Shown one piece after another: positions 16,779-24,835 of a stretch of 32,000 nucleotides of DNA. The translations under genes were made by a program, and so were the position numbers. Each line of letters opens with the position of its first letter. Positions within the stretch are counted from its first letter, which is position 1. The stretch is taken from the NCBI GenBank assembly GCA_964648855.1, contig CAZYLT010000005.1:60001-92000 (forward strand), read 5' to 3'. The notes beneath the pieces are model-generated. The model saw only the letters and a list, made by a program, of their open reading frames with translations. It made no database searches and was not told where the DNA came from. Source of the DNA: an uncultured archaeon. Its GTDB lineage: Archaea; Asgardarchaeota; Thorarchaeia; Thorarchaeales; Thorarchaeaceae.

Positions 16779-17882
16779 CTACTTCTCCCCCTCCAAGGCT
16801 GCATCTAGTAATTCCACAATATCTACGGTCTCCAAATTATTACCGAGTAGCTGTTCTCTGCAGGATGGACAGGCAGTAATCACTATGTATTTTCTGAGAT
16901 GCTCACTGGCCGCTCTCAAGCTGATGATTTTGTCACTAAGTTCTGGATCCGTCATGCGGAGTAGTCCGCCGCCGCCACAACAACTGAGCTCCATCTCCTT
17001 GTAGTTCATATCCATCTTCACTAGGAGCGACCGAGGTTCAGTCTTGACTTCGCAAATCCTATGTAACTCACATGGGTCATGATATACGAAATTATCCTCG
17101 CCTTCATAGCTTGGAAGACTATCATAGTGCCTGTCGAAGAACTGCGTATGATGCAATGCCTCTACGCCCTCTAGTGAATGGTGCATTGAGAGCTGTATCA
17201 GACAACCTGGGCAGCAGGTAACCACATATTCTGCCCCTGTGGATTCAATTACTCTCTTGTTATGTTTTCGAAGCATCTCCGCGCCATCTTCATCTCCCAT
17301 CAGATGAAGTGGGTGCCCACAACAGAATTCTTGAGATCCCATAACGAGATAATCAATATCAGCTCTCTCCAAGGATTTGAAGAATGATTTCAGAACGTCC
17401 ATCTGGGAGTATCTGAATGACATAAGACAACCTAGAAAAATCACAACATCGGCCGTTTTTCCTTCCTCATACACACGGTCTTCAATTCCGGGGATAATAT
17501 CCCGCAATTCATCCAGCCAATAGATTGCTCGGTCCTCCGGATCCAATCCATAGATATTCTGGACATTTGCTAGGGCATCGCGCAGCGAATCAAGATAGCC
17601 AAATTCTTCAGGCGCTTCCTCTAGAGCTCTTCCTCTGCTATCGTGCCAGACTTTGAGCAGGTCAACATCTGAAGAACAGATCTCTTTGCATCTTCCACAC
17701 ATTGTACACTGAAATAGAAGTCTGCGGAACTCTCTTCCAAGTTCCTCGTCCTCTTCTATCAAATCCATTACCTGTAATAAGTACGTCTTACCACGTGGTG
17801 AATATTGTTCTTCTCCGACCGCATCAAATATTGGGCAGATTTTTAGACATGAACCACAACGTACGCACTTTTCGAAGGACAT
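16779..17882 (-). CDS. Fe-S oxidoreductase, GlcF/HdrD-like (2x[4Fe-4S] + two CCG domains)
   Basis: CVRCGSCLKICP, CTMCGRCKEIC, EFCCG, TCCPGC, YHDPC, SCCGGGG, TACPSC. Confidence 0.9.
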   Translation of the reverse strand: MSFEKCVRCGSCLKICPIFDAVGEEQYSPRGKTYLLQVMDLIEEDEELGREFRRLLFQCTMCGRCKEICSSDVDLLKVWHDSRGRALEEAPEEFGYLDSLRDALANVQNIYGLDPEDRAIYWLDELRDIIPGIEDRVYEEGKTADVVIFLGCLMSFRYSQMDVLKSFFKSLERADIDYLVMGSQEFCCGHPLHLMGDEDGAEMLRKHNKRVIESTGAEYVVTCCPGCLIQLSMHHSLEGVEALHHTQFFDRHYDSLPSYEGEDNFVYHDPCELHRICEVKTEPRSLLVKMDMNYKEMELSCCGGGGLLRMTDPELSDKIISLRAASEHLRKYIVITACPSCREQLLGNNLETVDIVELLDAALEGEK

Positions 17883-18060
17883 CTACAATTTCTCCATGGT
17901 TTCAGGCTCGTGCAGATTCTAGTCAAAACAAATAGGCTTACCTATAGCTCAAATAATGCTTCCAACGGGTTTTCGTGGATGCTTATTTCGGCGCATATTT
18001 ATGCAATCTCTCTTCGGTAAAGATGGGTTCACGAGACCTCTTTCGAGGACTGGATTAACC

Positions 18061-20055
18061 ATGGCAAGCAGAAAAACAAAGGCCGCCCTTCTCGTCATCA
18101 TAGTAGTGTCAACCATATTCATAGGCTCATTTCTACTAAATCGACTGTTTCCAGCCGGTGAAGATGGCGGCAGCCAAGCCCAGATTGAGCCTCATCCCTA
18201 TAATGCACTGAACTGGTGGGATGTCGCCAAAGAGATTGCCGAAACTGGAGATATGTTCACACCTCTAGGTAGAATCGTAGGTATTGGAAATAGACATCTT
18301 GAGAACCCAAACACAGGATACTATGATGCAGCTGATTATCTGATAGGCTTGCTTGGCGGCTGGGGTCTCGAGGCAGGGTATTTTGGGGACCACGATTCGG
18401 TTCTGAGCCGTCAGAAAGGATATGGAAACGATAGCAGGGCAATTGTCTTCGGCGCACATCTTGACTCCAATGAAAATGGGGTCGGAGTAAATCAGAATGC
18501 TGGTGGATGTGCCGTGGTCACTATGATTGCAGATGTCCTCAGGAATTATCGTCTTCCTGTTGACATCTATTACGCTTACTTCTCGTACAATACAGTATTC
18601 TTGGACGATCAGAAAAGAGTACGCGCAATGTATGGCTCAAAGGAAATCGCACAACACTTCGTTGATGAAGATATTGATGTTATGGCATTCTATAACTTCG
18701 ATGAGCTTCTGTTTTACGATGATAACCAAGCTGAAACTGAATCGCTGGTTGCAGAGCACCATTCTCCCGAGAGCAGAGGCTATCATAAAACACAGTATTT
18801 GGCTGAGCTTATGCAGGCATTTCTGAGAAACTCGGGACATAACTTCATGTCTATAGATGACGAAATTGGCACTCAGACCGATCACTGGGCCTTCTGGGAC
18901 CGTGGTCTACCTGCTGTGAATATCAAGAGTGGTCACAGAATAGATCCGGAATTTCCACCAGACGATTCTCTCTATAGCGAAGACCATAATCGTGACCATG
19001 CGTTTGAACTGGGCAAGGCCGCCGCTGCGCTGGCAGTCTACTTGGCTTCAAGCGGAAATGGAGAGGCGATATCATTCAAACTTGAACAGCCAATTCCGCC
19101 GGGAAGCTCATCCCAATTCCGTACGGTGTTGTCTCGCGGTCAGACTATCCAACTGACTAGCATATCCAACTCAACAGAACCCATATCTCTCAGAATCCAG
19201 GCTGGCAATGGTACGATTTTCCCTGCTACGGGTCTCGATAACGGAAATGTCACTCTGACCACCGAGCAGGCGGCGGGCTTAGGCCCCCTCACGGTGACCA
19301 TCGCAAACATAGGGAATACGACTATCTACATCAAAGCTCACATATTGTATCACAACGACCATGATGGAAATGGCATCGTGGATGCGGAGCAGTATGCTTG
19401 GGATGAACCAGACCCACCGCTTGATTGGGATAAGGACGGTCTCTCGGACAGAAATGAGGAGGTATATGGAACCGACATTTTTGTTTCCGATACCGATAGT
19501 GATGGTATGCCAGACGGCTTCGAAGTAATTTACGACCTGAATCCGCTCTTGGATGATAGCGATGGTGATTTGGATGAAGATGGGCTCGATAATATCCGGG
19601 AGAAACAACTGGGAACCGCCGCAAACAACAATGATACGGATTCAGACGGCATGCCCGATGGGTGGGAAGTATTGTATCTAACAGACCCACTAGCTGATGA
19701 TTCGTTAGAAGACTTTGATAGAGATAATCTCACTAATATAGAGGAATATCAATATGGCGCCGACCCGTATCTACCTGATTCTGATTTTGATGGTGTGAGC
19801 GATGCGGAAGAAGTTAGCAGGGGGATGGACCCGTCCAATGATGATACAGATAATGACGGTCTTCGAGATCATCTCGAGCTGATTGAGGGACTCGACCCAC
19901 TATCCCCTGATTATGATATTGATTTAGTACCTGATGGGCCGGACCATAACCCCAAAATCAATGGCCTTCTCATGATATTGGGACTTGCAGCAATTCCGGT
20001 CATTATCGGGTCAATATTCTTCTATCGACGACTCTACAAATCCTCAGGCGAGTAG
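18061..20055 (+). CDS. Membrane-anchored M28 peptidase-fold protein (degenerate active site) with DxDxDG Ca-binding (TSP3-like) repeats
   Basis: The likely start is ATG 18061 (MASRKTK + hydrophobic stretch). IVFGAHLDS, NFDEL and TDHWAFWDRGLPAV give the M28 fold. Acidic repeats and a C-terminal TM (LLMILGLAAIPVIIGSIFFY-RR) follow. Confidence 0.85.
   Translation: MASRKTKAALLVIIVVSTIFIGSFLLNRLFPAGEDGGSQAQIEPHPYNALNWWDVAKEIAETGDMFTPLGRIVGIGNRHLENPNTGYYDAADYLIGLLGGWGLEAGYFGDHDSVLSRQKGYGNDSRAIVFGAHLDSNENGVGVNQNAGGCAVVTMIADVLRNYRLPVDIYYAYFSYNTVFLDDQKRVRAMYGSKEIAQHFVDEDIDVMAFYNFDELLFYDDNQAETESLVAEHHSPESRGYHKTQYLAELMQAFLRNSGHNFMSIDDEIGTQTDHWAFWDRGLPAVNIKSGHRIDPEFPPDDSLYSEDHNRDHAFELGKAAAALAVYLASSGNGEAISFKLEQPIPPGSSSQFRTVLSRGQTIQLTSISNSTEPISLRIQAGNGTIFPATGLDNGNVTLTTEQAAGLGPLTVTIANIGNTTIYIKAHILYHNDHDGNGIVDAEQYAWDEPDPPLDWDKDGLSDRNEEVYGTDIFVSDTDSDGMPDGFEVIYDLNPLLDDSDGDLDEDGLDNIREKQLGTAANNNDTDSDGMPDGWEVLYLTDPLADDSLEDFDRDNLTNIEEYQYGADPYLPDSDFDGVSDAEEVSRGMDPSNDDTDNDGLRDHLELIEGLDPLSPDYDIDLVPDGPDHNPKINGLLMILGLAAIPVIIGSIFFYRRLYKSSGE
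19357..19950 (+). repeat. About nine DxDxDG-type acidic repeats
   Basis: DHDGNG, DWDKDG, DTDSDG, DLDEDG, DTDSDG, DFDRDN, DSDFDG, DTDNDG, DYDIDL, spaced ~20-25 aa apart. Confidence 0.85.
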
Positions 20056-20088
20056 ATACCACCATAGATGAATTTGTAAGTACGCCTC

Positions 20089-20135
20089 AAAAAAAAAGGA
20101 AAGAGGGGGTTAGAGTGGAGCATAAAACTCCACTC
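20089..20135 (-). terminator. Hairpin plus oligo-T terminator of the malic enzyme gene
   Basis: Perfect 8-bp inverted repeat GAGTGGAG(20113-20120)/CTCCACTC(20128-20135), followed on the minus strand by a pyrimidine/T-rich run; lies between convergent genes. Confidence 0.65.
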
Positions 20136-20144
20136 GTCAAGAAT

Positions 20145-21506
20145 CTATGTCTTGGGGGCTTTTGGAATGTATCCCTTTGAATAGAGAGCTTCAGATGCCG
20201 CTCGAGCAGTGCGAATCACGTCTTCAGCATGTTTGTACAGGTCATCTCGCTCCCACTCCTTCTGGGCTATTCCTTGCTCAATTGCTTTCATGCCAACAGC
20301 TGTGGCTTCTTCCGGGTACAATTCCCATTGATCCATCGTTGGAATGACTTTCTCTTCATTCGCTTCTTTTGCACCAAGCTCTGCAAGAGCCTTTGCTGCA
20401 GCAACACACATCTCATCAGTAATTGTTGAAGCTCGAACATCCAATGTACCTCTGAAGATACCTGGGAATCCCAAGGAGTTGTTGATTTGGTTGTCAAAAT
20501 CGCTACGACCTGTTCCGACGATCTTGGCTCCAGCATCTTTTGCGTCCCATGGCCAAATCTCAGGAAGTGGATTGGCACAGGCAAAGACAACCGAATCGTC
20601 TGCCATTTTTCCTACCCACTCCTTCTTTATGGTGCCAGGTACTGGTCTTGATGCGGCTATTAGAATGTCCGCATCGTCAATTACCTCCCCTAAGCCGCCG
20701 GTCATCCTATCAGGGTTGGTCTTCTGAGCCAGGTCGTACTTGAAGATGTCATCGTCTTTTTCTTCAACAATATCTTCGCGGTCCGAGTATATTGCGCCAG
20801 TGCTGTCAACCATGATGATATTCTTGGGATTTGCACCCGCTGCAATCAAAAGGTAGGCTGTTCGCGTATTGGCAGCCCCGACACCGAGCATCCTGATGGT
20901 CACATTCTCAATTTCCTTTTTGACTACTCTTAATGCGCCAAGCACACCCGCGAGAACAACTGTTCCCGTACCCTGGGCGTCATCATGCCAGACTGGTATA
21001 TTCACATCTGGATGATTTCTCAGTTCTTCTAGCACATGGTAACACTTTGGTTTCTCAATGTCTTCTAGATTGATTCCACCAAAAGATGGCTGAAGGAATT
21101 TGACTGTCTGAATAATCTCGTCTTTATCCTTTGTGTCCAGACAGACGGGCCAGGCGTCAACGCCTCCTAGGTATTTGAATAGGATAGACTTTCCTTCCAT
21201 GACAGGTCCTGCAGCTTCTGGTCCAATATTACCTAGTCCAAGAACCCTCGTCCCATCGCTGACAACGGCGACCATATTGCCCTTATTGGTCATACTATAA
21301 ACCTGAGCGGGATCCTCTTTGATTGCGTTACATGCTTTGGCTACACCAGGGGTGTACCAGATTGCGAAGTCGTCAAAAGACCGCACTGGTACCTTGCCTA
21401 TGCTCTGAATCTTTCCCTTGTAGAATGGGTGAAGAACAAGTGCATCTTTACCAGGCTTCTCGGCCTTCTTTTTTAGTTCATCAACACTAAGTTTCTCTTC
21501 TGGCAT
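20145..21506 (-). CDS. mae: NAD(P)-dependent malic enzyme
   Basis: YTPGVA, VVSDGTRVLGLGNIG, PVMEGKSILFK, GGINLEDI, HDDAQGT, GVGAA, ANPLPEI, NQINNSLGFPGIFRG. ATG 21506 is preferred to TTG 21521. Confidence 0.95.
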   Translation of the reverse strand: MPEEKLSVDELKKKAEKPGKDALVLHPFYKGKIQSIGKVPVRSFDDFAIWYTPGVAKACNAIKEDPAQVYSMTNKGNMVAVVSDGTRVLGLGNIGPEAAGPVMEGKSILFKYLGGVDAWPVCLDTKDKDEIIQTVKFLQPSFGGINLEDIEKPKCYHVLEELRNHPDVNIPVWHDDAQGTGTVVLAGVLGALRVVKKEIENVTIRMLGVGAANTRTAYLLIAAGANPKNIIMVDSTGAIYSDREDIVEEKDDDIFKYDLAQKTNPDRMTGGLGEVIDDADILIAASRPVPGTIKKEWVGKMADDSVVFACANPLPEIWPWDAKDAGAKIVGTGRSDFDNQINNSLGFPGIFRGTLDVRASTITDEMCVAAAKALAELGAKEANEEKVIPTMDQWELYPEEATAVGMKAIEQGIAQKEWERDDLYKHAEDVIRTARAASEALYSKGYIPKAPKT

Positions 21507-21606
21507 TCCAATAAGCCTCAAATCAATTTTCCAAGATTGTCCGAGAGTTTGGCCAATTTTGGCAGGTCAAGTTCATTACATCATTTATTAAAGTGTATCT
21601 TTCCCT

Positions 21607-21677
21607 CGGTTTATCTGGGGCGTAACTGGATTCCAGACAGAAAATGACTCTTCACTTCGAAATCCATCAATAAACCG
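21607..21677 (-). other. 71-nt multi-stem RNA hairpin immediately 3' of the bcp pair
   Basis: Nested complementarities: CGGTTTAT/ATAAACCG, TGGATTCC/GAAATCCA and AAAATGA/TCACTTC; the mismatches become G-U pairs on the minus strand. Confidence 0.5.
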
Positions 21678-21678
21678 T

Positions 21679-22152
21679 TTATAATTTCAGTTCCCAGTAG
21701 TCAATGATTTGTTCTGCATGTTGTGAAGACTTAACATCTTCTATGCCCTGGTTTCCACCAAAAATGGCTTCTATTTTTCCCTCTTCATCGATGAGGTATG
21801 TAATCCGTCTTACGCCCATCCCGATAATTTTCAGGCGGCTTGTTGCCTCATACAGCTCTGCTATCCTGTAGTCTTCATCCATGAGAATTGGAAATGGTAG
21901 ATTGTGTTTATCCTGAAATTTCCGATGAGTTTCAGCATCGCCACCTGAAATACCAAAAATTGGAATGTCCTTCCCTTGAAAGAGAGTATAGCTATCTCGG
22001 AGAGAACAGGCCTCCGCAGTACAGCCGGGAGTGAAATCCTTAGGATAGAAATAGAGAACAAGCTTTTGTCCTCGATAATCGGAGAGTTTGAACTCCTCTC
22101 CTGATGCTGTTTCGGTCTTGAAGTCTGGCGCTTTGTCTCCTATCGCTAACAT
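21679..22152 (-). CDS. bcp: Peroxiredoxin BCP/PrxQ (2-Cys, CxxxxC)
   Basis: GDKAPDF, YFYPKDFTPGCTAEAC, RITYLIDEEG. Confidence 0.93.
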   Translation of the reverse strand: MLAIGDKAPDFKTETASGEEFKLSDYRGQKLVLYFYPKDFTPGCTAEACSLRDSYTLFQGKDIPIFGISGGDAETHRKFQDKHNLPFPILMDEDYRIAELYEATSRLKIIGMGVRRITYLIDEEGKIEAIFGGNQGIEDVKSSQHAEQIIDYWELKL

Positions 22153-22163
22153 ATCAATTCCCT

Positions 22164-22643
22164 CTACAGGCTAAGATTCCAGTGCTCAATGACCTGGTCT
22201 GCATGCTCTTTGGTCTTGACTTTTTCGACTCCATTAGGTCCAAAGACATCTTCAATCTTACCGTTCTCATCAATCAGAAATGTGGTCCGTTGAATTCCCA
22301 TGTATTCTTTACCATACATTTTCTTCTTCTGCCAGACCCCATATTTCTCGGCTATTTCATGGTTCTCATCCATCAGTAGTGGGAACTGAAGATTGTTCTT
22401 TTCTTTGAAGTTTTGGTGCGTCTTCTGGGTGCCAGGAGCAATTCCAAATACTTCAATACCATTCTCTAGAAATTGGGGATAATTATCTCTGAATGACACC
22501 GACTCTGCTTGACAGCCCTTTGTGTTATCCTTCACATACCAATACAGCACAATCTTCTTACCTCGATGGTCACTCAACTTGAACTTCTCTCCACTCTCTG
22601 TGGTGGATTCAAAATCAGGTGCCTTATCTCCTTTCTTTAGCAT
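22164..22643 (-). CDS. bcp: Peroxiredoxin BCP/PrxQ paralog (1-Cys, atypical motif)
   Basis: GDKAPDF, YWYVKDNTKGCQAES, YGVWQKKKMYGKEYMGIQRTTFLID. Confidence 0.9.
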   Translation of the reverse strand: MLKKGDKAPDFESTTESGEKFKLSDHRGKKIVLYWYVKDNTKGCQAESVSFRDNYPQFLENGIEVFGIAPGTQKTHQNFKEKNNLQFPLLMDENHEIAEKYGVWQKKKMYGKEYMGIQRTTFLIDENGKIEDVFGPNGVEKVKTKEHADQVIEHWNLSL

Positions 22644-22654
22644 AATTCATCACC

Positions 22655-22679
22655 CTTTCACAATTAACTATTGTGAAAG
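22655..22679. promoter_or_regulatory. Perfect 10-bp inverted repeat upstream of the bcp operon (candidate operator)
   Basis: CTTTCACAAT-TAACT-ATTGTGAAAG, 11 nt upstream of the ATG at 22643, between a TTAATA box (~22694-22699) and a GGTGA SD. Confidence 0.6.
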
Positions 22680-22783
22680 CATGGCAATATCAGTATTAAG
22701 TATTTTGGACCGGAACGACAACGGCGACAAGCCTTAAAGCATCCAGAACGCCTCAATTCAAACACCTACGGGAGAACATACTC

Positions 22784-23800
22784 ATGGCAAAAGAAGTGTT
22801 GACAGAAACATCGCTGATAGACTACCAGATTCTGTTCATCACCATCTTCTTCGTAATACTTGTTGGTGGTTTGCTTGGTACTCCATATGTGTTGTCGTTT
22901 GTCAATTTTCTCGAGTTATTGCTAGCCAATCTCTTATGGTTTGTTGGAATACCCATTGGCATAGCCGCCACAGGATTCTTTCTGGGCTGGATATCCAAGA
23001 AGAATGCTGTTGAATATACCCCCGTTGACCACGAATTTTCTCCTAGGCAATACACGATTCAGGAATTTCAACGACTAGAAAGAAATCACAATAGGGAATA
23101 TTCTCGAGCTGTGTCAACACCAACGTTCTGGCATTATTTCAATCCGATTATATTGATTATTTTGATAGCAGGTATTCGACTGGACATAGCTCAAATCGAA
23201 TTGGTCTTGGGAATGAGGATAGTATATCTATACACGTTTCTACTATCTCTGATATTTGCATCATCTACGTTCGGAGCATGGAGAGCCACTTCTAATGAAG
23301 CGTCAGCTGACTTGAATCTGAGGCTAATTAGAGAAACAGCTTCACTCGCGAAACAGCAGAAGGGTGTAGCTGGAGTCCTAAATCTCTCCATCGTGATTGA
23401 TAGAGCAGAAATGGGGAACGTGGAGATCTATACAGACCCCAGAGTATTGTTCAGAATCCGCGGCATTCCAGAACACAGCTTTGTTGAAACATGGAGTGAA
23501 GAAGTTGGATCAGCAAACCGATTGTATGCGAAATTATTAGGATCGAAAGACAAACCATCAACCGCATTCTGGTGGCACCATCGAGACAGGTATTTCCAAA
23601 AATCCATAGCTGGCTGGGAGGACAGTAAATATGTAAGGTCACCATTGTCTGGAGTACATGACGAAATTTGCGTGAAGGATGTTGACATGCTCACCAAGTC
23701 TGCGATATCGCTATTATGTCTTGAATGGACTCGAACACGAGGCACCAATGAAGAGTTGAATAAGATTTTGCAGGAATTTGATGTAAATATTGATAGATGA
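22784..23800 (+). CDS. Uncharacterised 4-TM membrane protein with soluble C-terminal domain (paralog 1)
   Basis: Two hydrophobic hairpins separated by a ~45-aa polar loop; GGGAG SD; motifs shared with the next two ORFs. Confidence 0.8.
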   Translation: MAKEVLTETSLIDYQILFITIFFVILVGGLLGTPYVLSFVNFLELLLANLLWFVGIPIGIAATGFFLGWISKKNAVEYTPVDHEFSPRQYTIQEFQRLERNHNREYSRAVSTPTFWHYFNPIILIILIAGIRLDIAQIELVLGMRIVYLYTFLLSLIFASSTFGAWRATSNEASADLNLRLIRETASLAKQQKGVAGVLNLSIVIDRAEMGNVEIYTDPRVLFRIRGIPEHSFVETWSEEVGSANRLYAKLLGSKDKPSTAFWWHHRDRYFQKSIAGWEDSKYVRSPLSGVHDEICVKDVDMLTKSAISLLCLEWTRTRGTNEELNKILQEFDVNIDR

Positions 23801-23833
23801 TTTGCCTTCATTGGAACTGCCCTCGGGAATGTT

Positions 23834-24760
23834 ATGAATATGCAAAAATTGTCCCTACCCTCTGTGCCTATGCTGAATGTTGGTTCATTTGCAATAACAC
23901 TGATTTGGGCATATATGGGGCTCATGATGGCTGAATACTTGCTTGTAAATTTCTTTCAAAGAGTAGAAGCATGGATTGTAGCTTCTCTCCTTCTGGAGCT
24001 CTCGATGCTCTTTGCAATTCTTTCTCTCTCTTGGTGGGTTAAATCCAGATTGGATACGATTGATATTCAGTGGGGATTTTCGACTGAAGAAATTGAACTG
24101 CACCAACTTGAAAAGATGTATGGTGAGTATCTTGGAGCCTATTCCTGGCTTATCAATCATCACTACTTCAGACGAATACTATTGATGACTGTTGTTTTTG
24201 TCATGGGTCCAATGGTCCCGTTTCTGACATATCAGCTTGGTGTCTATGCATTCTCATATTCCCCGGTCGTTTTCACACTATTTCTGATTGGGCTTGGAAT
24301 CACTTCAGTCAGAGCAATTTATCCCTCTGTTCCAAGTTCAGTCGGTGATGAATTTTCTCTGCCTTCTCTTTCAAGAGTGAAATCCTTCCTCAGAATTCTC
24401 AACAATATAGACACTGTATCGTGGAGTGGGGTGAAAGTCAAAATAGGTGAGTTCGATGACTATTACGTGATTGCAGATGTACAACCCGTCGGAAGGGTCC
24501 GTGGGTTTGAGAGTGTTCTTCAGATTGAGTTCTCTGAGGATTGGGAAGGTGATTACGAGGGCATTCGAATATACGATTTGAGCGGGGCAACTGAAGATCA
24601 AGAGGATAAGCTGCTGGTTGTGATTGACTCCACATCTCCCGCGTCAATTCAGAAAGCGATAAAGGAAGCAATAGCCTCATTTACGGAATTGCATGAATAT
24701 GATGAAGACACGATGGAGATTTGCCGAGAATTGCAAACGTCTTCTGAAAACAATGATTAG
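23834..24760 (+). CDS. Uncharacterised 4-TM membrane protein (paralog 2)
   Basis: Same architecture; GRVRGF motif; acidic C-terminus. Confidence 0.8.
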   Translation: MNMQKLSLPSVPMLNVGSFAITLIWAYMGLMMAEYLLVNFFQRVEAWIVASLLLELSMLFAILSLSWWVKSRLDTIDIQWGFSTEEIELHQLEKMYGEYLGAYSWLINHHYFRRILLMTVVFVMGPMVPFLTYQLGVYAFSYSPVVFTLFLIGLGITSVRAIYPSVPSSVGDEFSLPSLSRVKSFLRILNNIDTVSWSGVKVKIGEFDDYYVIADVQPVGRVRGFESVLQIEFSEDWEGDYEGIRIYDLSGATEDQEDKLLVVIDSTSPASIQKAIKEAIASFTELHEYDEDTMEICRELQTSSENND

Positions 24761-24835
24761 TCTACATGATATCCCAACGTTTAATCTGGATGAGCTTACT
24801 TTTATTACTGGGAGTTAAGTGCATAGCATTGAGGC

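Noticed and set aside
16778-16804. ATG 16804 as start of the FAD oxidoreductase
   Set aside because: It overlaps the upstream gene; GTG 16777 has an SD and directly follows the stop
17956-18060. 35-aa N-terminal extension of the M28-fold ORF
   Set aside because: A signal/anchor-like sequence begins at ATG 18061; the extension covers the probable promoter region
21679-22643. Selenocysteine in the peroxiredoxins
   Set aside because: Both peroxidatic codons are TGT and there is no in-frame TGA
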